A stretch of DNA of 64,000 nucleotides from Callorhinchus milii (Eukaryota), in contig NW_024704743.1 in the NCBI RefSeq assembly GCF_018977255.1, positions 104,162,001-104,226,000 of the forward strand. The letters are read 5' to 3'. The number at the start of each line of letters is the position of its first letter. Within the stretch, counting starts at the first letter, position 1. Positions 49,992-63,695 of this stretch are shown one piece after another. The notes below the pieces were generated by a model. It worked only from the letters and a program-made list of their open reading frames with translations. It did no database searches and had not been told where the DNA came from. Both the position numbers and the translations under genes were made by a program.

Positions 49992-50542
49992 AGGGGTCAT
50001 TTTTGGCAATGGAATGTTGGAACTGCCTCTGAGTCAATGTTCCTGAGCCAAGTAGGTCCTCAATACTTCAGGACCCTATTTATGACAGCCCAGCCAACCT
50101 GGCTCATCGACAGGGCTTGGATGGGAAGACCAGTCACTGGGGGCAGGGATTCTTTCCACTCAGCTCCTGTTAAAGCTGCAAGCCAAAGCCCTAACAGATA
50201 GGGTGGTCCTACCTGTAAAAGCAGTGGGAAAGCTTGCCAGGCAGTGCTTTTAATGTCTTGCTATGCGGTTTTAGCTGGTTGGACTTCAGCAGGACTCACG
50301 CTCGAGGGTACCCAAACATTGGTTCTTGTCAATTTACACCTAAAACTCTCTAGAATTAGTTAAGTAGTGTGCATCCCACAGGAAGAATAGCATTCTATTC
50401 CAGAAGCATGGCCGTTTATACGTGTAAGTGTCATACATATGCGGATCTCTCAGTCTGCACTGTAAAGTGTTCTGAGATGTTATTGTATGTGAAAAGTTTG
50501 AATACTCTTGAGCATGGTGAAGGGTTTCTGCATATGTCAGAT
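49992..50542 (-). repeat. Copy 3 (more diverged) of the unidentified sequence
   Basis: Same orientation as and collinear with ~39997..40518 (cctggctcatcg, gaccagtcactgg, gcaagccaaa, ggtggtccta, gcagtgggaaagcttg, atactctt.agcatggtga). Confidence 0.85.
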
Positions 50543-52234
50543 ACCTCAATAAAATGACTTCGCCAACACAAAATATACAGTCAATTCATTTTACAGTATA
50601 TTCGTGAAGCGCTTTGAGACGCCTCGAAAACATGATAAGGCGCTATATCAAATGCAAGGATGTTATAATAAACAAAACAACTGGCCAAAAACAAGACAAT
50701 TCTGGATAAAGGTAAAAATATTTGTAAATTTATTTTGCAAATAGGAAACTACCATTGTAAGGAGATTGAATTTTCTGAAGTCCCTGTCAGACATCTGTGT
50801 GCATTGTATATATTTCCTATTGAGGTTTCTGTTCTATAATCTTTACCTCAAAAGTCATTTACAATTTTGCCTTTTTCCATTACATTTTTATTTCCCTTTT
50901 ATTGTGCTATTGGAGGTGATGATCTTATATCATGCCTTTAGCTTTTATTTCAGGCTGTGCTGGAAGAGAAAAAGGAAATCAGCAGATCTGTGGTCAGAAT
51001 TTATCCTGGATCGATCTCTCAGTATAAACTTGTCAACTTACAATCTTGGTTCAAGTGTTTTAATGCATTTTAAGTAGCTGAACTTACTTCTGACCAAATT
51101 GATTATATAAAGTTTTCAGGTGCTGGCGATTGTTTCGTTTTATTAGCTTATTTTAGTATGTTCTGCAGTCCCAGCATCTTCCAAATCAAACTCACTCTCT
51201 GCTCGACTGAAAATCATCTTCCCGTTCTCAGTTTTACCATATTGTGTTTGTGGTGCCAAAGAGGCAGAAAAGATTGAATCAGCCAGTTGAACCAATATCA
51301 CAGTTTAGTCTTCTGCCCTCACAGTGTCACATTTTGGAGATCTGGGACTTTTACCCAATGGAGAACATTATATTTTTGGAATACATATGTTCTCCCTTCC
51401 CCTGGCTCAGCACCCCTCCTCCTAGCTCAGCATCACCGTTGAGCACTCTGAGATGCCTTCAGGCTTGGAGGGCGCTATATAAATGCAAGTTGTTGTTGTT
51501 GGAATAAATGCTGTTGTCCTCCTATCTGTGAATTTGTTCCTATGTTTACGCATGGATATAATACAATTAAGACTATATTATTTTCATGCTAATATTTCCC
51601 TCCAACATACCCTCTTCTCTTCTCTGATTGACTATTTTGTCTTTCGCATGGGTTATAGTCCCTTGTGCACCATTTGTCCTCCAGTACCTTGTATGTGTGG
51701 CCATTATTCATGTGTGAAATGTGATGAGGGATGGAAGGGCTTTCACAACAGTGCCCAATCCTGCGTTTAAGTTATGTCAAAACATAAGCGGCTTCCAGCA
51801 GCACATCTAGATAGCAGTCATGAATGGGAACCTTGCAGATTTTCTCATCCCTAATCCAAAATGGGTTGAGGTCAATTGTCACACCCCAATTGCTACTTCA
51901 GCTGAGACAAGCAAACTCACAGACTCCTATTCAAACCTTCTGGTTTAGGCTGCTGGAGAAGCCTAACCTTGAATAACATGAGAATTTTTAAAAAAATAGG
52001 ATTGATTTTGTTTGGACACAGATAAAATAATAACAATAGAAATAATCCTTGCATTTGATATAGCGCCTTATCACATCATTGAGACATCTCAAAATGCTTC
52101 ACAGAATATATTATAAAGTAAATTGACTGTATATTTTGTGGGTGAAATGTAGCAGCCAATTGCGCACAGCATGTTCCACAAACAGTCATGGATTGAATGA
52201 CCTTTTTTTTTGAAGGGCTTATTATCCCCAGAAA

Positions 52235-54200
52235 ACAACAACAGCAATAAAATGACATTTGTAAAATGCCTTTCATGTTGGGAGGACATCCCAAGGTGCT
52301 GAACAGTCAGGGATCAGGACCTGAGTGGGGGGGCAGGGTTTGGATGAGGGAGGGCAGAGGAGGTAGGAGGGCGGCTGAAGGCACTGTCAAAAAGAAGGGT
52401 CTTGAGTTGTGCCTTGAAGGAGGAAAAAGAGGGAGCAAGGCGAAAGGATTGTGGGATGAGTTCCAAAGAATGGAGGCAGAAGCTGAAAGCCCGGCCGCTA
52501 ATGGTAGGACAGGTCATGCAGAAAACCTGGAGCAGGCCAGAGCCTGCTGAACAGAGGGAGTGGAGAGGTTGATAGGGGTTCAGCAGGTCAGAGATGTAGG
52601 AGGGAGCAAGGCCGTGGAGGGCCTTTAAAGTTAGGACAAGGATTTTGAATTTTATCTTCTGAGGGATGGGAAGCCAGTGGAGCAGGGTGAGGGTGGGGAT
52701 ACTGGGGTCATTGAGTCTGGTGCAGGAGAGGACACGAGCTGCAAATAATGGATGATCTGCAGCTTGTTGAGGGAAGAGTTGGTGAGGCCGACAAGGAGTG
52801 AGTTTCCGTAGTCGAGCCTTGAGGTGATAAATGCGTGTATGAGGGTTTTGGTGGCCTGAGGTGTGAGGCAGTAGCGGAGTCGGGCAATGTTGCAGAGGTG
52901 GGGGAAGGCAGATCGTGTTATGCCACAGATACGGAGAAGAAAGGACAGTTGAGGATGCTGATGCTGTCAGTGCCTGAGGTGCTGAGGCACTGGCATGAGC
53001 TAATCAGGAGGGCCTCAGTCTTGCTGACATTCAGCTGTAGAAAGTTGGCTTTCATCCAGGACTCATGAAGGGATTGGTAGGAGAGGAATGAGCAAAGCTA
53101 GGAAGCAAATACTCTTTCACAGACCTACGAAAGAAAAGGGAGGTTGGAGATGGGCCGGTAGTTCCAGGGAAGATCTTCTTAGGATGGGGGTGATTGTAGC
53201 TGTGTTTAGGGGGATGAGAACGGTGCCAGATGAAAGGGAGAGATTGATAGTGTCGGAGAGCAGAGGGGCGAGGAGGTGGAGCTGGGAGGTAAGGAGAGGG
53301 GTGGGGATGGGGTCAAGGGAGTAGGTGGTGTGTTTCATGCTGCATGTGGTGGTGATAAGAGAGGAGGGGGAGACAGGTTCGAAAATGTGGAGGGAGGGAT
53401 GGGTACGGGTCAGAGTGTGGGGGGGAGATGGGGAGGGAGTGGCGGTTGGGAGGGCAGAGAAATCCAGCATCTCTTCACAGTCAGAGCTTGAGGAGAGAAT
53501 GGGCGAGGCATGGGAGGGTGGATGGATGAGCCAATTGGTGGTCAAGAATAGGAGACTGGGGTTGTCCTTCACCTCCAAGATTATTTTGGAGTAGAGGATG
53601 ATTTGTTCGAGGCAAGGGTGGGGGGGCGGAATGTTTTGATGTGGTCCAGCCAGATCTGTCGGTGGACCGTTTGGTCAGACTTGAACCTGTTCAAGTCCCA
53701 CACCTGACCCTTGAGGGAGCAGATGTGGCTGGTGTACCAGGGTAAGGTCCGTGTGTAGGAGGCGGTTCGGGAGGCGAGGGGGCAAGGACCTCAAGAGTGA
53801 TGGAGAGGGAGTTGTGGGGATGAGTGAGCGAGGAGGATAAGTGTGGGAGGTAAACCAGAGGGGGAGGAGTTTAGATGACTCCAGGGCAGCGGAGAGGGAA
53901 TGCGGGGAGATTTTTTTCCAGGGGCAATAAGAGAGGGAGGTGGCTTTGGTGGCGGTGGGGAGAGGGATTGAGGAGTTAAAGGAGATGAAATGGTGATCGG
54001 AGATGGCTTTGTCTGTGATGGTGATATCTGAGACAACAAGGCCCTGGGTAATCACCAGGTCGAGTAGGTTGCCATGAACGTGGGTGGCAGAGTGGATGTG
54101 GAGGAAAGGTTGTGAGAGGAGAGGAGAGAGGAGAAGTCCGAGTAGATAGAGCAGGTGGGAGTGAAGTGAAGTTTGAAGTCACCGAGGATTAGGAGGCATT
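52235..54200 (-). mobile_element. L2 LINE with internal deletion: endonuclease end, linker, ORF2 C-terminus and tail
   Basis: LLILGDF, ITDKAISDHHFI, LDPIPTPLL, TINLSLSSGTV and TISGRAFS on the minus strand. Confidence 0.85.
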
Positions 54201-54384
54201 CAGAACAGGCATTCAGAACAGAGCAATCAGCCATTTAACTGACAACTTATTTCCTACTTACTGCTAGGTAACCAGAGTCAAATGGAGTAAGGATACTTGC
54301 CTAAGGATTCGCCCTGCCCAGAATCGAATGCAGGTCCTCTTGCTTGCGAGTCAAGTGCTCTAACCAATATACTATCGTATATAC

Positions 54385-54845
54385 TATACTGGCTCCCTAT
54401 CCTTCAGAGGATCCAGTTCAAAATCCTGGTCCTCACGTACAAAGCCCTCCATGGCCTCGCCCCACCCCCACCCTACCTCTGCGACTTCCTAACCCCCTAC
54501 CAACCTGCCCGTTTCCTCCGCTGAGCCGGCTCTGGCCTGCTCCACGTCCTCCACCCCACCCGCACCACCTTTGGCGGGAGAGCCTTCAGCCACTCTGCCC
54601 CCAATCTCTGGAATTCCATTCCCCAGTCACTCCGCCTCACCCTCTCCCTAACCTCCTTCAAGTCCCGCCTCAATACCCTCCTTTTCGACAATGCCATCGG
54701 CCACCCCCCTTCCCCTTCCCTCCTTTACCCCACTAACCCCAGCTCGGGTCTGAAATGCTGTACTCTGTCCAGCGCCTTGAGACATCCTCCTGACGTGAAA
54801 GGCCCTATACAAATGTAATCTTGTTGTTCTTGTTGTTGTTGTATA
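54385..54845 (+). mobile_element. L2 3' fragment
   Basis: LYWLPILQRIQFKILVLTYKALHGLAP...; L2 terminal motif and (TTG)n tail. Confidence 0.85.
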
Positions 54846-56112
54846 CTACAGGATTACAGAAATCTGGATCCTTTGGTAGCATAATGTGACAGATATACCA
54901 AGTTCCACTTGAAGTGTCTATTCCCAGGCCAGCTCTCACAAAGAGTTTGAAAGCAAAACACAGTATCAAGGAGCAATTGCAAGCCGCCAGTCAGCGCTAA
55001 AGACATATCACTTTATGTTAGGATTATTCCCCAGCTCAGCAAAATACACCATTTTGCTTTTAACAATATGTGTGCTATTGCATCAAAATTGTTGCTACTA
55101 ATGTTTTATCATGACACTATTCCAAATCAAACTTGACCTCAAATTTGCTGCATAAGCTCTGAAATGGTCTGATATTCTGCATAGTGGAGTGCTTGAAGAA
55201 AATGACATAGAGCACCCCAATTTATTAAATTGAAGACCTTGAAAACCAAAATCTTGCAATTTTGTGGTTACTGAACTTTAGCCTGCACTGAATTTTGAAG
55301 AGACATTCCTCTGCCTCCCCATGCCTCCTCCTTCTTTTCTCTTTCAGGTTCCTGTTGACCCATTATTGTAACTCTCCTTGTATGGTGTAGCATTATATAG
55401 AATGATAAGGCAAGGAAACAAACCATTTGGCCCAACTAGTCTATGCTGTTGTTATCTCTACACAATCCTCCATGCCTCCTATTTCCCTCTCTTACTCTCT
55501 CTATTTCACTGTAAATCGCCAGTAACCTGGGGCTTCATTTTATCAGCAGTAGAAATTCATGACTTATTCACAGAGAAGGAAGTTGGATGCTGAATAACAA
55601 CAGGAATGTGTAAGCCCATGAGTCTTGACAACACAAGATAATGTAAGAGCACAGCAGTAGAATTGTTATACCATAAACGTGCACCATTGCAAAAAATCAT
55701 TAAAAATGCATTAATGCAAAAATTGTCATTGTCTCTACCACAGAGACAAAATTGCAGTGTATTCCTGCAAAACCAATTAAAATGAATGTGTGTTGTGTAA
55801 TGTATCTGTGGAATCCAGTACAGTACTTGGAGAGCACATAATTGTTCCCTAACGCACTTGGAAGAGAGAAGATAGTTTATTTTGATATTCTTTTAAATAA
55901 TTAGCTCAACCAGCAGTACTCTTGCTTCTGGGTCAGAATATTGAGGACTCAAGCCTCACCCTGGGGACTTACAGTCAAAGCTGACATTGTAGTGCATTGC
56001 TGGGAGAGCCCATTGGATTGTTGGATATGCTGTACTTTGGTTGAGATGTTTACACTAAGGTTGTGTCTGCCTTTTAGGTGCCATGACAGTGTTCAAAAAA
56101 AAAGGAGTTTCA

Positions 56113-58483
56113 TAGAATCATAGAATTATGAAAAGAGCCATCCAAATCAATCCCACTCGCTCGCTCTCTTCCCATTCTTGCAAACTTGTCCTCCCCAAAT
56201 AATTATCTACTTCTCTCTTAAAAGTTGTTATCGAATCAGCTTCCACCAACCTTTCAGCCAATGTGTTCTCGATCTGAGCAATTCCCTGTGTGAAAAAAAT
56301 TCTCCTCATCTCCTCTCTGTTTCTTTTTACAATTATTTTAAATTGGTGTCCTTGAGTTACTGACCCACCCACCTGTGTAAATAATTTCTCCTTGTTCACC
56401 CTATCGAATCCCCTCATAATTTTGAAAACTTCTATTAAGTTTCCCTTAACCTTCTCCAAGTTAATTATTATTGATTATTATTAAGTTAATTATTCTCCAA
56501 GGAGAATAATCCTAGCTTCTCTAGCCTCTCCTGATAACTGAAGTCCCTCATTCCTGGTACCATCCTGGTAAATTTCCTTTGCACCCTCTCTAATGCCTTA
56601 ACATCCTTCCTGAGGTGTGGTGCTCAGAATTGAACCCAGTACTCTACCTGAGGCCTAAGCAGTGTTTTATAAAGATTCATCATAACTTCCTGATTTTTGT
56701 GTTCTATGCCCCTATTTATAAAGCCTAGTATCCCGTATGCTTTTTTAACAGCTTTATCTACCTGTCCCGCCACCTTCAAAGATTTACTTATATGAACCCC
56801 CAGGTTTCTCTGTTCTTTCACCCCTTTTAAGATTGTACCATCAGCTTATATTGGCTTGCCTCATTCTTCCTCACAAAATGCATAATTTTGCATTTTTCCA
56901 CATTAAACTTCGTCTGCCACGTGTTTGCCTCTTTCACCAGTCTGTCTATGTCCATTTGCAGTCTCTACTATCCTCCTCACTGTTTACTATTTCTCCCAGC
57001 TTAGTATCTTCTGCAAACTTGGAAATTGTACTCCCTATACCCAAGTCCAGGTCGGTTATATAAATCACAAACAGCAGTGGTCCTACAACTGACCCTGGGG
57101 GATACCACTGCACACTTCCCTGCAGTCAGAAAAACAACTGTTCACCATCACTCTATGCTTTCTGTCTCCCAACCAGTTCTCTATCTAAGCTTCCACTGTT
57201 CCTTTAATTCCGTGGGCTTCTATTTTGCTTACAAGTCTCTTATGTGGTACTTTATCAAATGCCTTTTGAAAATCCATATAAACTACATCAACTGCACTAC
57301 CTTCATCCACCCTCTCCATTAATTCATCAAAAAACTTTATCAGGTATGTTAGACATGATTTGCCTTTAACAAATCTATGTTGGCTGTCCTTTATTAACCC
57401 ATATTTTTCTAAGTGAAAATTTATTTTGTCCCGGATTATAGGCTCTAGAAGTTTCCCCACTACTGATATTAGGCTGAGTGGCCTGCAGTTCCCGGGTTTA
57501 TCCTTCTGCCCCTTTTTGTACAGGGGAATAATATTTGCAACTATCCAGTCCTCTCGCACAACCCGTTGTCCAAGGAGGATTGAAAGATTGTGACCAGAGC
57601 CTCCGTTATTTCCTCCCGCACTTCCCTCAGTAACCTAGGATGCATCCTGTCCGGAATGGGTGACTTATCTACCTTGAGCACCGACAATCTTTTTAGTATC
57701 TCCTCTGTTTATTCTTATTTTATCCAATTTCTCTACCCTCTCCTCTGATACTGTGGCATTGGCTGCATCCTCTTCTTTTGTGAAGACATATGCAAAGTAT
57801 TCATTCAGTACATCAGCCATGCCCTCTGCCTCCACAAGAAGATTTCCTCTTTAGTCCCTAATTGGACCAACCTTACCTTTGACTAACTTTTATTGTTTAT
57901 ATGCTTACAAAATACCTTAAGGTATCCTTTTATGTTACCCGCTAATCTTTTCTCATACTATCTCTTTACCCATCTTATTGACTTTATCAGTTCTCCTCTG
58001 TACTTTCTATATTCTATTTGTTTATGTTCTGTATTTTCGACCCGACATTTATCATAAGCCTCCTTTTTCTGTTTTGTTTTAATCCCAATTTCCTTATTCA
58101 TCCAGGGAGGTTTGGTCCTCCTTGAAGGCTTCCCATTGCTGGTTAGCTGTTTTACCTGCCAATCTTTCTTTCCAGTCCACCTTGCCTAGGTCCCTTTTAA
58201 ACTCATTGAAATTAGCCCTCTTCCAGTTGAGCATCTTCACCCTTGATTGCTCCTTGTACCTTTCCATAAGTACTCTAAACTTAATGATGTTGTGATTACT
58301 GTTGTTCAGATGCTCTCCTACTGAATCCTGCTCCACTTGCCACACTTTATTCCCCAGAACTAGATCCAGCACTACTTCCTTCCTTGTTGGATTGGAAACA
58401 TACTGATCCAGAAAGTTATCCTGCACACATTTCAAGAATCTTTCCTCCACTTTGCCCTTTACACTGTTATTTTGCCAGTCTAT
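56113..58483 (-). mobile_element. CR1 LINE, 5'-truncated ~2.4 kb, decayed ORF2, inserted in a family B SINE
   Basis: LDLVLGN, DWIVANIIPLYKKG, VYMDFQKAFDKVPH, FAED (mutated FADD), LLRPQVEYWVQF; (TTCTATGA)n tail; GTTTCA duplicated at 56107 and 58484. Confidence 0.95.
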
Positions 58484-58944
58484 GTTTCACCTGATGTTCT
58501 CCATTTAAGATGATCATTCATCTCCTGGCTGTTTGTAGGACCTTGTTGTGCACAAAATAACTGCAGTATTTAACTAAATAAACATTCACTGCTCTTGACA
58601 GCAATTACTTGAGGCTTTGAGACATTATGAAGTGATCAGGTGCAATGAAATTCAAGCTTATTCTTTCTTTGGAAGAGAAACGCACTTAGCATACGTTGAT
58701 GGGCACAGGGGGGGAATTGCAGAGAATGGTGACGAGAGAAATGAAGATGCTTCAAAGAGGTGCAGTGAGACTGGCCTCAGGAAACGCTGGCAACCTGCCA
58801 GAACTTAATTGATCCACTCTAATTGAGTATTTTACTGAAAACCTTTTAACTTTTTTTTTAATCTGTTGTAAAAATAAAGCTGACAATGAACTTCTTGGAC
58901 CAGCTTAGCATTTTTTGAGAAAATGATAAAAAATCATAGAAGTT

Positions 58945-59082
58945 GGGGAGGACAAATGTGCAGGGCTATGGGGAGAGAGCAGGGGAGTGGGATTAATTTG
59001 GACAGCTCTTTCAAAGAGCTGGTAGGGGTATGATGGGCTCAATGGCCTCCTTCTTTGCTGTATAAATCTATGATTCTATGAA
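58945..59082 (+). mobile_element. CR1 3' UTR fragment
   Basis: cagggctatggggagagagcaggggagtgg...aatggcctccttct...tctatgattctatga. Confidence 0.8.
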
Positions 59083-60690
59083 ATTATACCATACATGGAT
59101 GCTATTCTTCTGGAGTTAATTATTCCAATCCTATCTCCTTGCGTTTTGAAATAAAGGAAAAACTTGCATTTCTATTGTGCGTGAACATATTGAAACATCA
59201 AACCTATTCTTAGGAAATAAATGTTAGACAAACACAGCAGCTATTTACCACAGGAAGGTCCCACAATCAGGCATGAGGTAAATGATCAATTACTGTTAAG
59301 AAATGTTGAGTGGGACACAAGATAAACTCCTTTGTCTTTTCAAAGTTTTATGGTGTCTTTAATGAACAGACAGATTAGTGGCTCACGCAGAAGATTGTTT
59401 TTTTAGCAAGAAATGTTTCCAATATTATAAAATGCATTTTATTAACATATTTATGAGTATGTATATTGCAAGCTTTCGTGGACGTCTTTGTCTTTTCTTG
59501 TTTGTGTTGGATGATGCCAAACCATGAAACCGACAGGGTGTTCATGTTCAAAGCATCAATCGTGAGCCATGAAGGACAATGTGACGTTGGTGCCTTAGAC
59601 CAGACAGTGACTCAGTCATTAAACTCGATAGATAAGGGTCCAGAATCTGTCTTGTTGCACTTCCTCAAGCTCCCTAATGATCCAACATCCCTTAGAAGAT
59701 GGTGTGAACAAAATGACTGAAAATGGGGGTGAAATTCCTCAGCTGCTTCTTATGATGATGGATACATGTAATGGGAAAAAAATCCGCAATGATTCCTCCC
59801 GCTTGCTATTCTTCAGAAAGGAAGTGAAAACGTGACATTCAATGTCAATTATTTTACACCACATGATGTCTCAGTCAATAACTGGCTGTGGAAAATAACC
59901 TTGTGCAAATGCTCAGCGCCTTGGGATGTCCTTCCAATGTGAAAGGCGCTGTATAAATGTAGTTTGTTGTTGTTGTTGGGTCCACCAGCATTTGTGCCAG
60001 CCATTGAGCTAACCTGTAAATTCCTTACAACTGCTGCCCTTGGCATCTCAGGATTTAAGTGGAACTGCAGCTTACCCCCAACTTTTAACATTTTTTATCC
60101 CAATACTCCAAGAGCTAATGTGACCTTGTGTTAAGCAGAATTAAAGCATCTTTTCGTCATATCATTTGCCATTTGTCTACAAAGTGCACTTTACTGCACT
60201 TTACAGTAAATCATGTGAAGCACTTTCAGACATCCTTGCAACGTGAACTGCACCATATCAGATGCAAGTGTTATTTTTTTATAATCAAATGCCCTTGAGA
60301 TGCATCCTAATGGTTAATTGACCTTGCTGCTCACTGACTCACATTGACCCAATGCTTTCAGGGAATGGTCGATAATCCCATTTTTTTTCTTTTTGCCCTT
60401 TGCTAATTGTTAACCCTCAATAGTGAGGGCATATTTCATATGTTGTGTAACACAATGCAAATAATAGAATAATGATAATAATCCCTACATTTGCTGTAGT
60501 GCCTTTGAACTCAGAAAGCACTTCACGGGATACACTTTAAAGTGAATCGTCTGTGTATTTTGTGGATCAAGACTTCGAAGGTTGTGTTAGTTACTATTCT
60601 CTTTACAGAGATATACTTATTTGTCATCAAGTTCTGCTTTCTTTTGCCAAGTCAATTTTAAATCTATCCAGTTATTTTCTATTAATTGGA

Positions 60691-61048
60691 GTGGAATCCT
60701 GTAGCTCAGTGGTTAGAGCATTCGCCTCGCAAGTGAGAGACTTGGGTTCACTTGTCGGCAGGACCAAATGTTGGGCAAGTTTCCTTACTCCACATGCCTC
60801 TGTTTACCTAGCAGTAAGTAGGAACCCGGTTGTTAGTCGGTTGGCGGATTGCTTTTCCAGGGGTAACAATTCCTTCAAAAAAAAATGAATAAATTGATCA
60901 CTCAATCCATGACTGTTTGTGAGATACTTCTGTGCATAATTGGCTGCCGACAGTCAATTAACTTTACAGTATATTCTGTTAAGCGCTTTGAGATGTCTCA
61001 AAGATGTGAAAGGCGCTATATCAAATGCAAGGATTATTATTATTATTA
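60691..61048 (+). mobile_element. SINE family A, long subfamily
   Basis: Full-length copy. Confidence 0.85.
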
Positions 61049-62329
61049 ATTGCAAGAGCATCAATAATCTTTGAAAGATTTAGATTCAGAACTTTGTCAA
61101 ATGCATTTTGAAAAATCCATTTGATGATAATAACCCTTCAATTTGATATTGCGCTTTAACACATCAAAACATCTCAAAGTGTTCACAAAGTTTTGCTCTG
61201 AAGTCCAGTAACTGTGTATATGTAGGCAGGCATGGCAGCCAAGTTGTGTCCAGCAATGCCCCAGAAACAGCCATGTAGTGAATGATCACTTTTTTTTCTT
61301 TCAATTAAATTGTAGGTAATGTGTAAATCATTGCTGGAAGCTGTGTTCATAGGATAACTGGCAATACTATCTTTACCACAGCTGCTTTCTCTTATAATCT
61401 TTCCATCCTAATTGTTCTTTACATATTCTGTCTTGGAAGTGGAGTCTATTATGCACTTTATGTGCAGCATGTGTAATTTACAGACAGTTTCCAAATAGTT
61501 TCCACCTGAGATTAACTTTGTACAAAGCTAAAAGAAAGGTTTAATTCCTCTCATTCACTTCTTTCAATAATCAGTTATTCTTTAGCCCTCTGATCTCTTC
61601 TAAAAGATTACCCATGAAGGACTTTTGGATGACTTCCAATACTCACCACATTTCGATTCTTATAACTTTCAAATAACCTTTTAGCCTATAGCTTATTTTT
61701 AACAGCCTGTGATCTTGGTTCATTTTTCTTTTTTTCTCCAAGGGATTGTAGTCTTACGACTTGCCATTTTTCTTATGCCATTTTACTTTCCAGCACTTTG
61801 AACCACTTAACCCTCACTACAGCTCTTTTCACAGCCCAAGTGTCTCCCTGTGAAAAGCTTCCGTACTTCTTTTTGATCTTGTCCTTCAGTATAGTATCAA
61901 GTGTGCAGTGATCACAAGGTCATCCATTTCACTTTGGCTGGTCTGTTAGAGGCTAAATTGAACCAGTCCACTACTGAACTGTTATTCATTGTGAGATTAT
62001 TTTATTATTTTCAATAGAACATCGAAACACATCGAAACACACTTGTTATTTTGAAGCGCAGTGATTTCTGTGATGTAGATAAATATGTTAAGTGCCTTAG
62101 CATCTTGGGATATCCTCCCAACTTTAAAGGCGTTATATAAATGCAATTTGTTGTTAACTAATCTGTGACAGCAATATTCCACCACCAGCAATGAGGTGGG
62201 TGACAAATTTGCCTGTTTCTATACTGAATTAGAAAGTGAAAGAAATATTGAGCAAGACACAAGGAAAATGTCCCTGATCTTCTTTTAAATAGTGTCATTG
62301 AATCTTTAATATCTCCTGAACCAAGCTCT

Positions 62330-62760
62330 ATGAACCTGTCACCTCCATCCTCGCTTGGTTGCACTGGCACCCCATCCCCCAATTCAGATCGAATTGAAGA
62401 CCCCATTTTCGAGTTTAATATCTTCCATGGTCTCATCCTACCCTAACTCTGTGACCTTCCTCAACCACACCGACTCAGCCACTCTCTTTATTCAGTGAAC
62501 ACTGGCCAGCTTCATGTCTACCACTCTATCTGCTGCACCATCAGCGGGCAGGCTTTCAGCCATTCTAACCCTCTGGAACTGTCTTCAGACATGTTCATTC
62601 CCTCTGCTCTTTCAAGGTACATTTCAAAACATACTTCTTTGACTGCTCTTTCTGTCATCTTTTCGTTCCCCACCACACTTGGTTCCCAACCAAACTCAGG
62701 TGCCCATCAAGCATTATTAAGCATTTGAGATATCCTCCTGATGTGAAAGGCACTATAAGA
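62330..62760 (+). mobile_element. Old L2 3' fragment
   Basis: Degraded LHWHP...TISGQAFSHS and L2 terminal motif. Confidence 0.65.
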
Positions 62761-63574
62761 ACGTAAATTCACCAGAATATGTTGTCAGGATACACAGCAT
62801 TCCTCTCCTGCTGCATTGGTATGCCAGTCAAAATTATGAGCCCAAATCTGGCTGGGTGACACTTGCAGTTTTTGTTTATAAATAGCCACGCGATGGTGCT
62901 ACATCGAAAGCAATTTAGATTCATGCAATCTGATGTTTGTTTCACTGCACATAGCTATGAAAGACTGTGAAAGACATAATCTTATATGATCCTAAGCTCT
63001 TTATTGAAACATTATTTTTTCCATTAATTGGAATATCTAAACGCAAGTGCACTTTTATTCATGAGTTTCAGTGCTGGTGGCTGGGTGGTTTTCTTAGTAA
63101 TGAACACAATTATATTTCCTGTCACCTTTTACAAAATCCTGGAGACCCCTCTAACACTGTGATCAAACCATATGGTTGATATAAATCAGATGAATCCTGA
63201 AAACTGCTGAAATCCCATGCACTTGAGACTGGAACTAGTTTGACTAATTATATTTTCTTCTTATGTTACTTTTGTTTAGCATTGTATTAATATTATACTC
63301 ATAATATTATACAACCAACTATCAGAGCAGAATGTTGGTTTTTCATGATAAATAGTACCCAGGTGATCAGAATACTACTACGACTAATCCTTGGATTTGA
63401 CATGATGCTCGTTATGTAAAATATCTCAAAGGGTTTAACAGGGATTTGCTGTCAAATGTAACAATGATATACAGTAGAAATCCAGTTTGCAGTTACCTCA
63501 CTAATCCAGCTGCCTCTCAGTTGTGGGCACATTTTCACACTCTCTTTCATTGTTAGTGTTAAAAGATAGGCTGA

Positions 63575-63690
63575 AACAAAAACAGAAGTCGCTGGGAATA
63601 CTCAGCAGGTCAGGCAGCATCTATGGAGAAAGGAAAGTGAGTCAATCTTTCGGGTCCACGACTCTTCGTCAGAACTGGGGCATGTTGGAA
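63575..63690 (-). mobile_element. Penelope-like element terminal repeat remnant with degenerate hammerhead ribozyme core
   Basis: aatactcagcaggtcaggcagcatctatggaga resembles chondrichthyan Penelope termini (from memory); minus strand reads CTGACGA-AGAGTC-GTG-GACCC-GAAA-GATTGAC. Confidence 0.6.
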
Positions 63691-63695
63691 GGGAG

